Below, one piece after another: positions 1-12,664 of a stretch of 64,000 nt of DNA (positions within the stretch are counted from its first letter, which is position 1; each line of letters starts with the position of its first letter). Made by a program: the position numbers and the translations under genes. The DNA lies in contig JALDZS010000009.1 in assembly GCA_022813965.1 (NCBI GenBank), positions 1 to 64,000 on the forward strand. Reading direction: 5' to 3'. Below the pieces are notes generated by a model, which was given only the letters and a program-made list of their open reading frames with translations, was not told the DNA's origin and did not search any database. The DNA is from Toensbergia leucococca (lineage: Eukaryota).

Positions 1-2165
1 CTGTCTAAAGACTTATTAAATTCAGTAGGTAAATTCATCATATTATCTTTATAAGAGGTCAGTCTAGTAGCTCTGAACTGCATGACTTATTGTTAGAAAA
101 TCATGCAATTCAGTAGATCATTTAAGAGACTTTATCTTCATGCAATTTAGAGGTTTAGAATTATGACTAATAAATTTATAAAATATTCAATTTGAGTGTC
201 AGAGATTCATTCAATCTCAGTATATTACCTCTTTCTTTGAATAAGTGATGTCTCTATTGCTGAAGATTTAGACCTAAGCCCCTAGACCTAATACTGATAT
301 TAATTTATCATTTTTGTTATTATTCTTCAATTTCTAGTTTTAGTTCTAGCTCTTTTTCTTATACCTAGCCTGACAAGGTATTTAATGAGAAAGATAAGTA
401 ATAAATAAAAGATAATAAGGTATAATACTGATACTGAGAAAGGATAAGACATGTGACTGAAGGAGAATTCTAAATGCTAAAGATTCACCTTATTTTACCT
501 GTGATTTAATTGTTATTCTCTGTAAGAGATAGTTAATTTTGCATGACTCTAAATTTGATAAATTTGCATGCTAAAAATAGGTCTAATTTTTATACTTTTA
601 AATTGCATGGTCTTGCATATGTGTGAATCACTATAAAATCATGTCATTTTACCTGCAAAAGTCTTGTCTTATCTTTATGCTATCTGAAGGCTATGCAGAA
701 GCTCAGAAGTCTATCTAAAAGTCATACTTTTTATGATTAAAGACTTATTGAATTTAGTAGATAGACTCATCACAACATCTTTAGTAGTACCTTGAAATTG
801 CATAACTTTACCTAGTAGTTTTAAATTGTATGCTTTTGTCTAAATCATCAGGGCATCATGCAATTTAAAAGGGAATTTAATTTCTTTATTTGAGGGCTTA
901 AAATCATGACTAAATGATTTAGAATTTATTTAATTTGAGTATTAGAGATTCATTTAATTTTGTATGTGATTCTATCACTTTATCTCATTACTTTGTTTTT
1001 CCCCTTCCTTGCTCTTATACTCACAGCTCACTGACTGTACTTTATAGTCTCTCTCTAAACTTTATTATCATGTAATAAGAGCTACTGAAGAAGGTGAAGA
1101 ATTGAAAATTGTAAAAGGTAAAGAATTAAAAAGATAACATATGAAAAGACTCTTATTAATGGTTTATAGGTAGGGTCAAATCATGCTGATCATGTCATTG
1201 TAGCAGGCTCACTTGTAATGCTTATTCTTTTTATTTATTTCTCTTGTTTGCTCTATTATCATGTAGAATTAAGAGTAAGAGATAAAAGAGACTCAGTGTT
1301 AATGCTTGTTCTGATTGTTATTTAGCATATTTTTATCATATTAGTATTCAGTGTTAATGTCATTTCTGATTGCTATTCAGTATATTCTTTATAGCACATC
1401 AGTCTGATTGTTATTTAGCATGTCATTTGTTGAAGATAGATGTTGCAGTAGTGTTGTTATCAGAAAGCTGCCTGCAAAGCATGATTCAGATGAGGTCTTT
1501 TCTTGCAGTAGCTGTTAACATGATCACCTGCTAAGACATAACTCAGAGGTAGGATTTTCTGAATGATACTAAGATAATCACTACAATAAATCAGAAGACA
1601 TAGGTATTGACATAGTCACTGCAATAAATCAGAGATTAGAACAGAATTTGTGATTATTACAACGAGTCAGAATATTAAAGGTGTTAATATAATCATTACA
1701 ATGATTTTGAGATCTAAACATAAGATGTTTCACAGTAGTCATTTAATATTGTCACCTGCATACTTTATAATAAGAGGTTTAAGGTACTGACTCAGAGCTG
1801 TCTGCCTCAGATAATCTACTTTAATAGTGTTCAAGTCAGTTGTGCAACTTCTCTATGCATTTTTCATTGTCTGCACTCAATGTCAGAAGTTTTACATTCT
1901 CTAAAAGATGAAGTCTTAATCTAATGTCAGAATTAGGCTTAGAGTCTAGTTATAAGAGTATAATTGATAAGAAGACTAAGACTAAGGAAGAAAAGTATCT
2001 AGGTGATGAGTGTTTACATACAAATACCCTCAGGTTACAGCGCTAGGCTCAATGCAGCTAGACATGTGTCAATGCCCTTAGGTCAGTGTTAAGGCTTAGT
2101 GAGTCAGCTCAGTCATAACAACCTGCTAAGAGGCAGTTACTGAGTTTATGAATAAAAGCTCTGAT
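1..2165. mobile_element. AT-rich, hypermutated (RIP-like) transposable-element relic, truncated by the window edge
   Basis: Very AT-rich, no ORFs of 60 aa or more, only about two CpG dinucleotides seen (near 1663 and 2041), internal degenerate repeats, abrupt return to normal composition near 2170. Confidence 0.8.
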
Positions 2166-2339
2166 TGATCCGTTAAAAGGTGATTTATCTAATATATACC
2201 GAGGATCTACCGTATGCCAAGATCATAGCCTTCTGCTAAGGTATGTTTGATACGATCTTAGCTTAAGTTGTACGAGTATCCATTCCCGTCTCCGTAGAGG
2301 TCGAGCCATATTGAGTTCTAGCGCAGGAGCTTAAGTTTT

Positions 2340-2365
2340 AGATACTCCGTACGTACGGAGTATCT
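2340..2365. promoter_or_regulatory. 26-bp perfect palindrome built from the TACGGAGTA motif, upstream of DOT1
   Basis: AGATACTCCGTACGTACGGAGTATCT equals its own reverse complement; a regulatory role is inferred. Confidence 0.5.
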
Positions 2366-2545
2366 GTAGTGGTGTACGGCACGGGGTTACATTGTACACA
2401 ACGACACGCACAATAATCAACTATCTACCTACCTATCTTTCAACCACCTCTACTCTCGAATTGCTGCTTATCTCTAGTTCCTGTATCCTGAACTTACGAA
2501 TCTCATCCCACCATGTCATCATGATACAAGTGCAAATTAGACACT

Positions 2546-4066
2546 ATGGGATTCTTCGACCATATCCAGAAGAAAGGATCAACAGCCATCAAACCGCAAC
2601 CGGCCCATATCAGGAAGGAAGTCGTCACTCGTAAGGCGTTGATTCCTACTCCTCAACGCTCCAATACTCGCCATCCACCAGGCATTCTCCAGGCAAGATC
2701 AAATGGCTCTGCTAACGTGGACATCCTGAAACCCCATCGTCAAAACCCGCGAAAACGACCGTCGCCAGCGCAATTACCCTTTGAGTCCAACAGCGAGGAC
2801 AGCGATATCGACGAAGCCTTGCATATGCTGAGGAAGAAAAGCAGACTTGCTATTCATCCAGAGCATGACTTGAAACGTCGAATGCGTTGCACAGAGGCAT
2901 TTTCTAACGACGATGATGGAATTTTCCAAATGATACATGCGCGCGAAATCGCATCGCTGAGCAAACCGCTGAAGTACAAGGCAGCATTTTCAAAGTATCC
3001 TAATGTGATGGAGATCGAGTTGCAGTACCCATCTAACTCGCAGAAGGAGAAGTAAGTCTTTCACCGATAGACGTCAATGAGTGAAGCTGATGATTTAAGA
3101 TATCAAGCCGTGGCACCGATACAGTCTGATGACTTTACAGCGCTCGAAGATATCAGAGAAGTCATTGAAGTCATTATAGACAATTACCTACCAACCTCAA
3201 AAGTCGAGGCTTTGAAAGATGATAGCAGTGGTTTGCTCCGAAGGCTGAAGCGAGCAACGGATCGGTGCGCAGGCTCAGATTATATCGTGTTGATACAAGA
3301 ATGGAACGGTATTTTGGCGAGACTGATAAAAGACCGGACTATTGGAAGGGTCCTGGACAATATGAAGTGTCTTGACTTGAGGCTGATTGAGCGAATATTA
3401 ACACAAACCTACTCGCGTACGGTGTCCCCTCGAGTTGGCTTGCTCCGTCAATATGAGAATGGCACTGACAACGTCTATGGTGAATTGCTACCAAAATTTA
3501 TCTCTGACATCCTTAAGAAGGATACTAGATTGAAGTCAGATCAGGTATTCGTGGATCTAGGGTCAGGTGTAGGAAATGTCGTGCTCCAAGCTGCCTTGGA
3601 GGTCGGATGTGAAAGCTGGGGCTGTGAAGTGATGGAGAACGCATGCGACCTTGCTGAGCTTCAAGAAAAAGAGTTCAGGGCACGTTGCAGGCTGTGGGGA
3701 CTTGCTGCCGGAGATGTACACCTGGAGAGAGGTGATTTCCTTGAAAACGCTGCGATCGCACAGGTCCTCCAGAGAGCCGATCTTGTACTAGTCAATAATC
3801 AAGCATTTACACCAGAGTTGAACGAGGGTCTGATTAGTCTTTTTCTTGACTTAAAGGAGGGATGTCAGATCGTATCCTTGAAATCTTTTGTACCGAATGG
3901 ACATAAGATCACTTCAAGGAACCAAGACCGGGCTAGCAACGTTCTTGACGTGGTCGAGAAAAGATACTATTCGGCATGTGTGAGCTGGACTGATGCTCCA
4001 GGCACTTACTACGTCTCCATGAAGGACAGCACAAAGCTCAGATCATTCATTAATGAGTCGACTTAA
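2546..4066 (+). CDS. DOT1: Histone H3-K79 methyltransferase Dot1 (2 exons, intron 3052-3099)
   Basis: [31 protein letters not shown] and VSWT motifs of the DOT1 domain; a GTAAGT...AAG intron joins ORFs 2546 and 3077 in frame. Confidence 0.95.
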
Positions 4067-4287
4067 TCAGCGATCCAACGAAAATTCTCCAATTTTGAAA
4101 ATCATCTACACTTGTGGTCCCCTACAGGAGGGTCCCAAGCAGCCATACCCCAAATGACAGACATCATGGATCTTCTGGTGCTTTGCTTTAGACTTCCAAT
4201 TTTGCCTGAGATACCCATCTGCAAGACATGCATAGCATTGATATTCAGACACGAAAATTACGGTGTACGATAGTTGCGTCCAGATGT

Positions 4288-4984
4288 TCAAGAGAATTTG
4301 GAGGCATTGTTCATGGCATCTGCTTCCTCACCCATACGTGCCATCCATCGATCAACTAACTCCTTGTTCTCTCGTTTTAGCTTCTTGGCCTGTTCCTCGG
4401 CCATGTTAAGCTGCAGAGTCAACGACACAGTCTCGTCATGAACATCCTGTAAAAGACCGTATTCAGTAGAACGTTTCAGGTAATTATCCAACGCTCGCAA
4501 ACCTACTTCAAGAAGTTTGGCCTTCCCCTTGAGCTCTTCGTCTCTGTCTTTCATCCTAATAATCAAACCTGCCTTCTCCGACGCTAGCTCATTGACCCTC
4601 TTGACGTCGGATTTTGATTTCAACTTCAGCTTTTGCAACTCATCATTTAGGCTCTTCAAATCAGCTGCTAATTCTGATTTGCCGCGCTGGGCTTCTGCCA
4701 AGTCCAGGCGAAGTTGAGTCAAGGTCTCTGTGTCTGCGGGACTTTGCGATCGCAGGTGTCCAATACCAACCTTAGGACCCTTTGCAGATGTCTCTATAAC
4801 CTTGCTGGTCGTAGCAGATCCTGCCCTGTCTGCTAGCTTTGTATCTGGCGAAGGTATATCAGCATCAATGTACTTCACGTGTTTCCTACATTAACGGACA
4901 GGATTGATAGAATCCCTGATTGGCTTTTTCCTTCTTATCGCGTTCATCAAGTGCCATGAGATACTCTGTACGCCACGTAGCCAT
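4288..4984 (-). CDS. ATG16: Autophagy protein Atg16 (coiled coil, about 3 exons)
   Basis: Starts MATWRTEYLMALDERDKKEK; C-terminal LTLQLNMAEEQ...ENKELVDRWM typical of fungal Atg16. Confidence 0.88.
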
Positions 4985-5425
4985 GTTGATTTGTAGTGTA
5001 CTATGCTCACAGAATAGCTAGCTAGAACATGACCTTCCTAGGAATAGCGATCATGTTGTTCATCTACGCATTTGCAAAAGATATTCCATAGCATTAAAAT
5101 ACAGTAGTCGGTAAACTATGGGCACTATAAGTGACGTTTATAACCCTCCAAGTCATGTTGAATACGATCTCCGTACTCATATTTGAAAAAATTCAATAGA
5201 GCGCAGCCCTCTTCTTTACACAAGCAGCCTTGCATCGTAAAGTTGGTGCTATTGATACGAATAACAGCGATTTTTTGTCACGAGATCGTACCCTTTAGTG
5301 CTCTACTCGTATCCAGGCAATAAGAAGAGAGCATTACCTGTTTCGCCCAGGACATCAATCAAGCTAATCGAGAACGGCTTCCATTCAGCTACACCGCGGT
5401 CCCGCGTAGGGCTCTGATCAACATT

Positions 5426-6312
5426 ATGGCTTCTAGGAAAAAAGTCCTTCTCAAAGTATGTTCGCATTGGCTGGCGTTTTCCTCACTGGTGTACTGAAAT
5501 GCATCGATCATCAGGTCATCATATTAGGAGATAGCGGGGTTGGGAAGACGAGCTTGATGAATCAATACGTATGTCTGGTAGTAAAGCAAGAGTCGAAGGT
5601 GCCAGCCTAATGTGTCAGTTGGGTCTAGGTCAACAAGAAGTTCAGTGCAAGTTATAAGGCAACTATCGGTGCAGATTTTCTTACGAAGGAAGTCCTGGTG
5701 GATGATCGTCTTGTAACGATGCAGGTGCACATAGCCAACCCCTGTATAAAGATCCTTGCTGACCTTCGTCCAGCTTTGGGACACCGCTGGGCAGGAACGC
5801 TTTCAGTCACTAGGAGTCGCGTTTTACAGAGGCGCCGATTGCTGTGTACTCGTCTACGACGTTAATAACTCCAAGAGCTTCGATACTCTGGATAGTTGGA
5901 GAGACGAATTCCTGATACAAGCCAGTCCACGAGATCCTGAAAACTTTCCTTTCGTAAGTGCGCCCCTCCACGAACCTAAGATAAATAGGCTGAACAATTC
6001 TTCAAGGTTGTGCTTGGAAACAAAATTGATGTGGAGGAAAATAAGAGGATGATTTCTTCAAAGAGAGCCATGACATTCTGTCAATCAAAGGGCGGAATTC
6101 CATACTTCGAGACTAGTGCCAAGGAGGCTCTGAATGTTGAGCAGGCTTTTGAAGGTCAGTTAAGCTCGCATGCTATTGCTGCCGAAGCTAAAGTATAGTC
6201 AGTGATTGCGAGAAACGCCTTATTACAAGAAGAATCGGAGGAATTCAGTGGCGACTTCTCGGACCCTATAGATATTCATTTGGATCGAGAACGTGACGGA
6301 TGTGCTTGTTGA
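5426..6312 (+). CDS. YPT7: Rab7/Ypt7 small GTPase (6 exons)
   Basis: [51 protein letters not shown] and a C-terminal CAC prenylation motif; five GT-AG introns. Confidence 0.97.
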
Positions 6313-6547
6313 AGGCGGTGTCATTTCTCTCATCCTACTTTGGTTTCAAATGCATTCATTGTTTTCTTTTGCATGACTACAGAGCCCAACAAGTGGTCAA
6401 GACTGTTTGGGACAAGGAGTACGGTGCTAGTGTTAAGAGCTGTTGACTCTAGTGTACATGCAGCAGTTGTGTGTTCGGCGTTGATGAAGCATATTCAGGT
6501 TGTAATACAGTCCTGAAAAATTTTCCCTTTGATTGTAGATAATTCAA

Positions 6548-7240
6548 GGGTGGTGATACATGGACACCCCCTTTTGATACAAGGGACCCCCCCCCTTCCG
6601 GCGCAATACCACCGAGGAAAATCTATCATTTCGCACCACATCCTACCTCAATCCTCTACCACTTTGCAAGCTATTTAATTGTTTCATTTGCGTGCCATCT
6701 AGAAGCCAAATTACCTAGGAGAAAAATCATGCTTTTGTACCACATCCTGACTTGATTCCCCCACCCCCGGGCGCACGATCACCTCCCCGGGCGCAAAAAA
6801 CATCGTGATTCTGAATCACCTCCTTTCAAAATCATGAAATACCCTGTTATCCACAGGAGCTTCACCTCCACCTCCCCTCCTCCCTCTATTTCCTCGCCGT
6901 CCTCTAGGTCCTCGGCCACCCCGGCCACGCCGGCCACGAAGCCCTTGTTCTACCACCTCAAATTGAGACAGTTCTCTCTGTGTACCTCTATCAAATGGGG
7001 TTGGGGTTAGAGTTCATCAGGTGGGGGAAAATCAAAATCCATGGTAGCGATATCAGGATAATTCCCTACTGCAGTGGAGGTGGTAGATGGCACGTGGAAT
7101 TATGAGGTATAAGGCATGCAAAAGTGGTAGAGAATTGAGGTAGGATGTGGTGCGAAATGATAGATTTTCCTCAGCGGTATTGCGCCCGAGGGGGGGGGGT
7201 TGTCCTTGTATCAAAAGGGGGTGTCCATGTATCACCACCC
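6548..7240. mobile_element. 693-bp non-autonomous DNA transposon (probably Mutator-like derivative) with about 120-bp TIRs and 8-bp TSD TAATTCAA
   Basis: GGGTGGTGATACATGGACACCCCCTTTTGATACAAGG at 6548 is inverted at the end (7240); TAATTCAA occurs at 6540-6547 and 7241-7248. Confidence 0.92.
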
Positions 7241-7485
7241 TAATTCAACTCTTCGTTAAAAATACATAGCATGCTTGTATGTTTCATAGACGGCAGCATT
7301 TCCAGTACTCGTACTCTATTTGGATGCAAAGATTGGTAGGTACCCAATACCTATCTGTAAGTTATAATACTGCTCTAGAGCTAATGTGAAGTCGCTGCAC
7401 TGCAGATAAGCGTCATGATATCAGGGCAAACTCGCCATCTTCTGCCTTCATCAAAGGTATCAATGTCACAATACTCGTCGCCAAC

Positions 7486-9125
7486 ATGAGTGGTAACATC
7501 CCGCCAATTCCCCCCAATAGGGCAGAAGAATTTTGCATCCCTGTGCCGAGTACTAGTTCACCTTCACCTCCGTCTCCAACGTCTCGAGGCAGTTTGCTTA
7601 CTTCGACCTTGGCGGAAAGGCCAACGATCGGGGGTCTTGCCCGGCACACACTCGGCATTGTACTCCTTCTCATCACTGTGTTCTTATGGACGGCCTCTAA
7701 TTTTCTAGCTAGCGTAAGCGTGATGGAACGCACTCTAAGGTATCCGTACCTAGTGGCGATTGGCACTGCTGATATCTAGCACATCTAGGCTGTGTTCGCC
7801 GATGATACCTACTCGAACCCATTTTTCGTCACTTATATCAACAATGCTTTCTTTTCCGTCTCTCTGCTCTTCATTGCGCCAAGGCGTTGGTGGGCCAGCA
7901 AAAGATCCTTTAAACAACTCATCCACGGAAATGACCAATCTATTCATTATTCCCCCATTTTAGATGACCAAATCCAGGCTCCTTCAAAATCTGATGGAGA
8001 AAATGAGGAAGTAAGACGCAGCAGTCAGTCATCAGGCGGCCGGCCCTCACTCGATTATCAAATTGCGAGTTCTAGAAGCTCTGAAGATGTGAAAGTCATT
8101 GTTGTAGAGGATATATTGGACGTCAGGGAGACTGCTAAGCTGAGTCTTGAGTTCTGCATGGTTTGGGTAAGAACAAAACACTTTTTGATGAGGTAGACTA
8201 CGATTAATAGGTTCTGTAGTTTGTGGTATGATCGTCTGCTCGTCACTTCTCCCGCCAATACTGATGCTCACGCTACCACAGGCCAATTATTTTGCTGCAG
8301 CGTGTCTTGGTTATACCACAGTGGCAAGTTCAACGATACTGACCTCTACCAGCGGTAGGTAGACTATCGGGACTGTTCTAGACAGTAAGCTTCATACTGA
8401 TTCACATCGCCAGGCATCTGGACGCTACTGTTTGGGGTCTTGATGAGGGTTGAGAAATTTTCGTTCAGAAAGCTATTTGGTGTACTTGTGTCTCTTACTG
8501 GAATAGTCTTAACCTCCTTTGTTGATCTTTCACAAGATAACGACAAGAATCGAGGTTCCTTCCCTCACAAATCTCAGAAGCAGATTGCCATTGGGGATGC
8601 ACTCGCTTTCGCTAGTGCCTTGCTGTACGGAATCTACAGTACATTTATGAAGAAACGGATTCGGAACGAAGCGAGAGTTGATATGCCACTATTCTTTGGA
8701 TTGGTTGGTCTGTTCAACATGATTTTCTTGGTACCTGGCTTTGTTTTCTTCCATTTTACTGGTATTGAAACTTTTCAATTACCACCGAGCAAACGGGTCA
8801 CAGCTATCGTTCTCGTGAGTAGCCCCAACACACTGATCGTGGCAGAAGCTGACAAACCCAACAGACAAATTCAATTACATCAATGGTCTCAGACTATTGT
8901 TGGGCGTACTCAATGTTGCTAACATCGCCACTCGTCACTACTGTTGGACTCAGTTTGACTATACCCCTCTCGCTCGTCGGTCAAATGATTTTACACGCAC
9001 AGACATCTTCTTTGACTTATTGGATCGGTGCCGGAATCGTCTTCTTTTCTTTTGTTTTCATTAATCATGAAAGCAAGGAGGAAGACAAGGTAGACGTCAT
9101 GCAAAGCAGTGCAAGCGAAACCTAG
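7486..9125 (+). CDS. EamA/DMT-family transporter (yeast YML018C/Thi74-like), multi-exon
   Basis: LWTASNFL, PFFVTYIN, ETAKLSLEFC, TILTSTSG, LLTSPLVTTVGLSLTIPLSL; many TM segments; includes a 6-nt micro-exon. Confidence 0.85.
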
Positions 9126-9437
9126 AGCGATCATAGTATCCGAAAACAGTGCAAGAAAGAATTCTGAGGTCGACACATGTTTCCTTCAATGGGTGATATT
9201 GATTGAAATGTCACCAAGCAAAGGAATCACTCCTAAAACCCCAGATATTGATTCCGTTGCCTGTCCATATACACAACCTAAGATCGATAAGCACTAGCGA
9301 CTTGACAGGCTATCGCCTGCTTGTAGACACAGACTTCTACTGCAGAGCACGAGGACTTCAGGGGCCTGTCTTCGACTTGGCAAGCCCACGGAACACTATT
9401 TTTCGATTATGGTATCTCTGATCTCAGCTACTTTACA

Positions 9438-10723
9438 TCACCGTTCTTCATCCGTACTCTGCCGTCCATCAGGTCCTAGAACGCTATCTTGCCACTCGTT
9501 CAGCATGCGCTCGACCCTTGGACCCCAAACCTCTTCACCTTTACTCAAATCATCGTAGTCTAGTACATTTTCCCCTACTTCAAAATCACCTTGTCGCTTC
9601 CGGATCAAATCAGCCATGATACCAAGTGACCCTAATTCTACTCCCAGATCATGGCATAGCGACCGAACATAGAAGCCGGAAGTCACAGTCATGCGTAGCT
9701 TGACTGCTGGAGGAGCATCGTCGTGTAATGGTGATTCTTTTCGACATGTTGGAATAGGAAGTGTTTGAACTCCTCTCGAGTCAGGTTCTTCACAGACTAC
9801 GTCGTCTGATATTTGTAAACCCCCAGACATGAAGATTTCTGTATCCACTTCTCGTCGTTTGCTTGTTGGTATTCTGTCAAAGACCAGATTATCGTCTTCC
9901 TCAGCGATTCGCTTTCGCTTGACTCCTTTGGTGTCATCCGATACCTGAGCTTCGCCTGGACTCGTTGGAACATGTTCTTCTTCTGTAGTACCATCTAGAT
10001 GAAGCACGTTTCCAGCTACTTTCTTGAAATCCTCCTCGGCCTCTTGCTTGGGCAGTCTATAGTCATGGCTTCCAGCCTCTAGCCATTTCTCGATGTCAAG
10101 ATTCATGACCTGTACAGGCCTCTCCTCAATTTCTACGGGCACTTCTTTCCCTTCCCTCGCATACTCATAGAGATGCTTGCCTTGCACCCTGCGCGCCGAA
10201 AATATTGGTGGTCTCTGCATTATTTGACCTCGGAATTTCGCCAGAGCTTGCTCTACCTTTTCCCGTGTTAAGTGAGCATAAGGTGCTCTGCTCAAAACTT
10301 TTCCCAGCACATCGTACGTGTCGGTGGCCACGCCGAATAAAAGTGTAGCCTCGTAAGCTTTTGTGCATTCTAGAAAGGTCTGAAGCTGCTTCGTCCCTTT
10401 CCCCACGCCTATGATCAAAACGCCTGTTGCCAATGGATCCAAAGTTCCTCCATGACCAATTTTTACTTGAAGGCGTTTATCCCTTCGCCTGTTGCGTTGG
10501 TGCTGGTTGAGCTTCGCACGACTTATGCGCTCGGCTTCAAGCCAAGGCGCGAAAAGCACAGAGGGATTAAAGGCATGCTGGAGATCGCGGACTACTTGAG
10601 CAGAAGTGATGGCTTTGGGCTTGTGGATGGCTGAACATCACCCGTTGAGATCTTAGTATTCGTTCATGAAGAATTGGGATTAAACTTACCGAAGACACCC
10701 TCAACAATCTTGTGCTTGCCCAT
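9438..10723 (-). CDS. PUS4: tRNA pseudouridine-55 synthase (TruB/Pus4), 2 exons
   Basis: IHKPKAITSAQV, KIGHGGTLDPLATGVL, QRPPIFSA, VTSGFYVRSLCHDLG. Confidence 0.93.
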
Positions 10724-11004
10724 AACGTATTTTAAGGCGGTAGAAGATGTCATTCGGCTCCTGGGACAAGCTCAACGTTAAGTATACAAAGTAGCTTCAT
10801 AGAAATGATAGAATTGAACATTGGTGCTCTGTCTCGGACTAATGATGTTCCATATGAGTGACGGGCGCTATTTTAGCATTCCCGCGTCGCGTGGCGGTGT
10901 CTCGGATCGGCGTGATTCTAACGTCTGAGTGGTCTCCCATTGACACATCAACATCACATCACCCATCACTTCTAGAATCTGCTCAGGCAGTGAGACAGCT
11001 CGGT

Positions 11005-12664
11005 ATGGCCTCAGTGCGTGAAGAAGATGTCTTGATGGCCAAGGACCCAGCAATCGAGGATTCCGATCAGTGGCCGGAGTTCTCGCTCTCCAGAATCACA
11101 GTCTTGTCACAAGACTTGGGCAGGCCAGTGAGTCTACTTGAGGCCCATGAAGACTGTCCTGTCAAGGTCTTGGGGAAGCTGGAGCCGGTCGGGGAAGAAC
11201 AACTTCACCTAGGTTCACGGGTCCGAGTATGAAATCCACGCGCTTTGACTGATTGTGAGCCTGTAGTTCGATCGCCAACATCTCAGGCCAAGACTATCGT
11301 GCTCAATTATGTGAAGAAGTTCTCTTTTGCTCAGTATGAAGATGGGTCCTGTGGATTTTGGGCCGAAGGCAATGCCGGCTGGTTTGAGATTAAGAATCCC
11401 AACCCAACGTACCGGCATGTTTATGAGCAAATGGAGGAGGCAGCAGCCATGTTTTATATGCTTTCTGACAAATGGACAAATGGTCGTAAAACGCAGAAGC
11501 ATTTCAACGATAAAGGGATCGATGTATATGGCAACTCATTGTTTGACGCTGTGCGTTGGTTGTTGTTTTGCGAGGTTGTGGATCCGTTGCTGATGCGGTT
11601 TAGTTCCTTGCCAAACCCGCATGTCGTCGCGGCAACATAGAGGACGTACGCAAAGGCTTTCACGAACACCGAAATTTCTTGATCAAGTCTATGCTCAAGG
11701 GCGAAGACGGTCAGTCGTGGGAGGAAGCTCCCATTTTACGTTATTACAAGCAAAAATATCCTGTGAGTCATGCCCATTTACGACAGCAAAACATGTACTT
11801 ATTGTCGAAACCAGAACGACTTCGCAGCGATGAAAGCAATAGTGTTGAGTGACGGTGATGAAGAATATGAGCCGCGAAGCAAAAAGAGCCGGAAGTCGAA
11901 GCCTGAGCAAGCTTCAAGTCTTTCTGAGCCTCGAAGTCGTGCTAAACGTCCAGGATTGCGAACGCCTGTGCAGCGAGATCTTGAGTCAGATAACGAGATG
12001 GAGGACGACAGCGAAGACGACCAAATTGGGCCTCATAAGACGAAGTCCATCTTGCAACCAAAGAGTAGCAAGTACTCCAAGAAAGCAGCTGGTCGACGTA
12101 GAAGTCTCCCCTTAGTTGACGATCCTCAAGACGACGAGCTTTCAAATAACGAACCCGAGCTTGACGGTGCTGATGATCCCCCTGCGCCCCCGCAATCCAA
12201 CCCACCAGTCGTGCCACTCGCTAGAACCAGAATGAGGAGACGGTTACAGATGTCTGATGCTGAACGCCAAGCGCCATATATTGCTCCACCAGGTTACTTC
12301 AATTATCCAAAGGATCCTCCAATGCAACAAGTCACGTTAGTCGCATATGATCTCCCAACATTCCGCACTGAAGGTCCTGATGATTTATGGACCTGCAAAT
12401 TCCACGGCTGTCTACACCAAGTGTACCAAGGATCAACACCGGGCGGGATACAGCAGATCAAGGACCACTTTAGTGACCATTCACGTCGTGCCCAGGAGAA
12501 ACTCGACCTTGTCTACAGAGAGTCTCGGCCATATCTTCCAGTGAAGTAAAGTTATCCACAACCAGGGCTTATAGATGTTAAACTGACCGTTGAAAAGGAA
12601 CCTCCTTCGTTGGGTCGGAGACGAACATACTCTCAAAGACGTGGATATGGAGGACGAGGACTAG
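11005..12664 (+). CDS. RFTS (DNMT1 replication-foci)-domain protein with C-terminal C2H2-like zinc finger, Raf2/DIM-7-like (5 exons)
   Basis: N-terminus DQWPEFSL...VSLLEA...VKVLGKLE...FWAEGNAGWFEI resembles fungal RFTS domains; C-terminal CKFHGC...HFSDH. Family recognised by eye. Confidence 0.65.
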
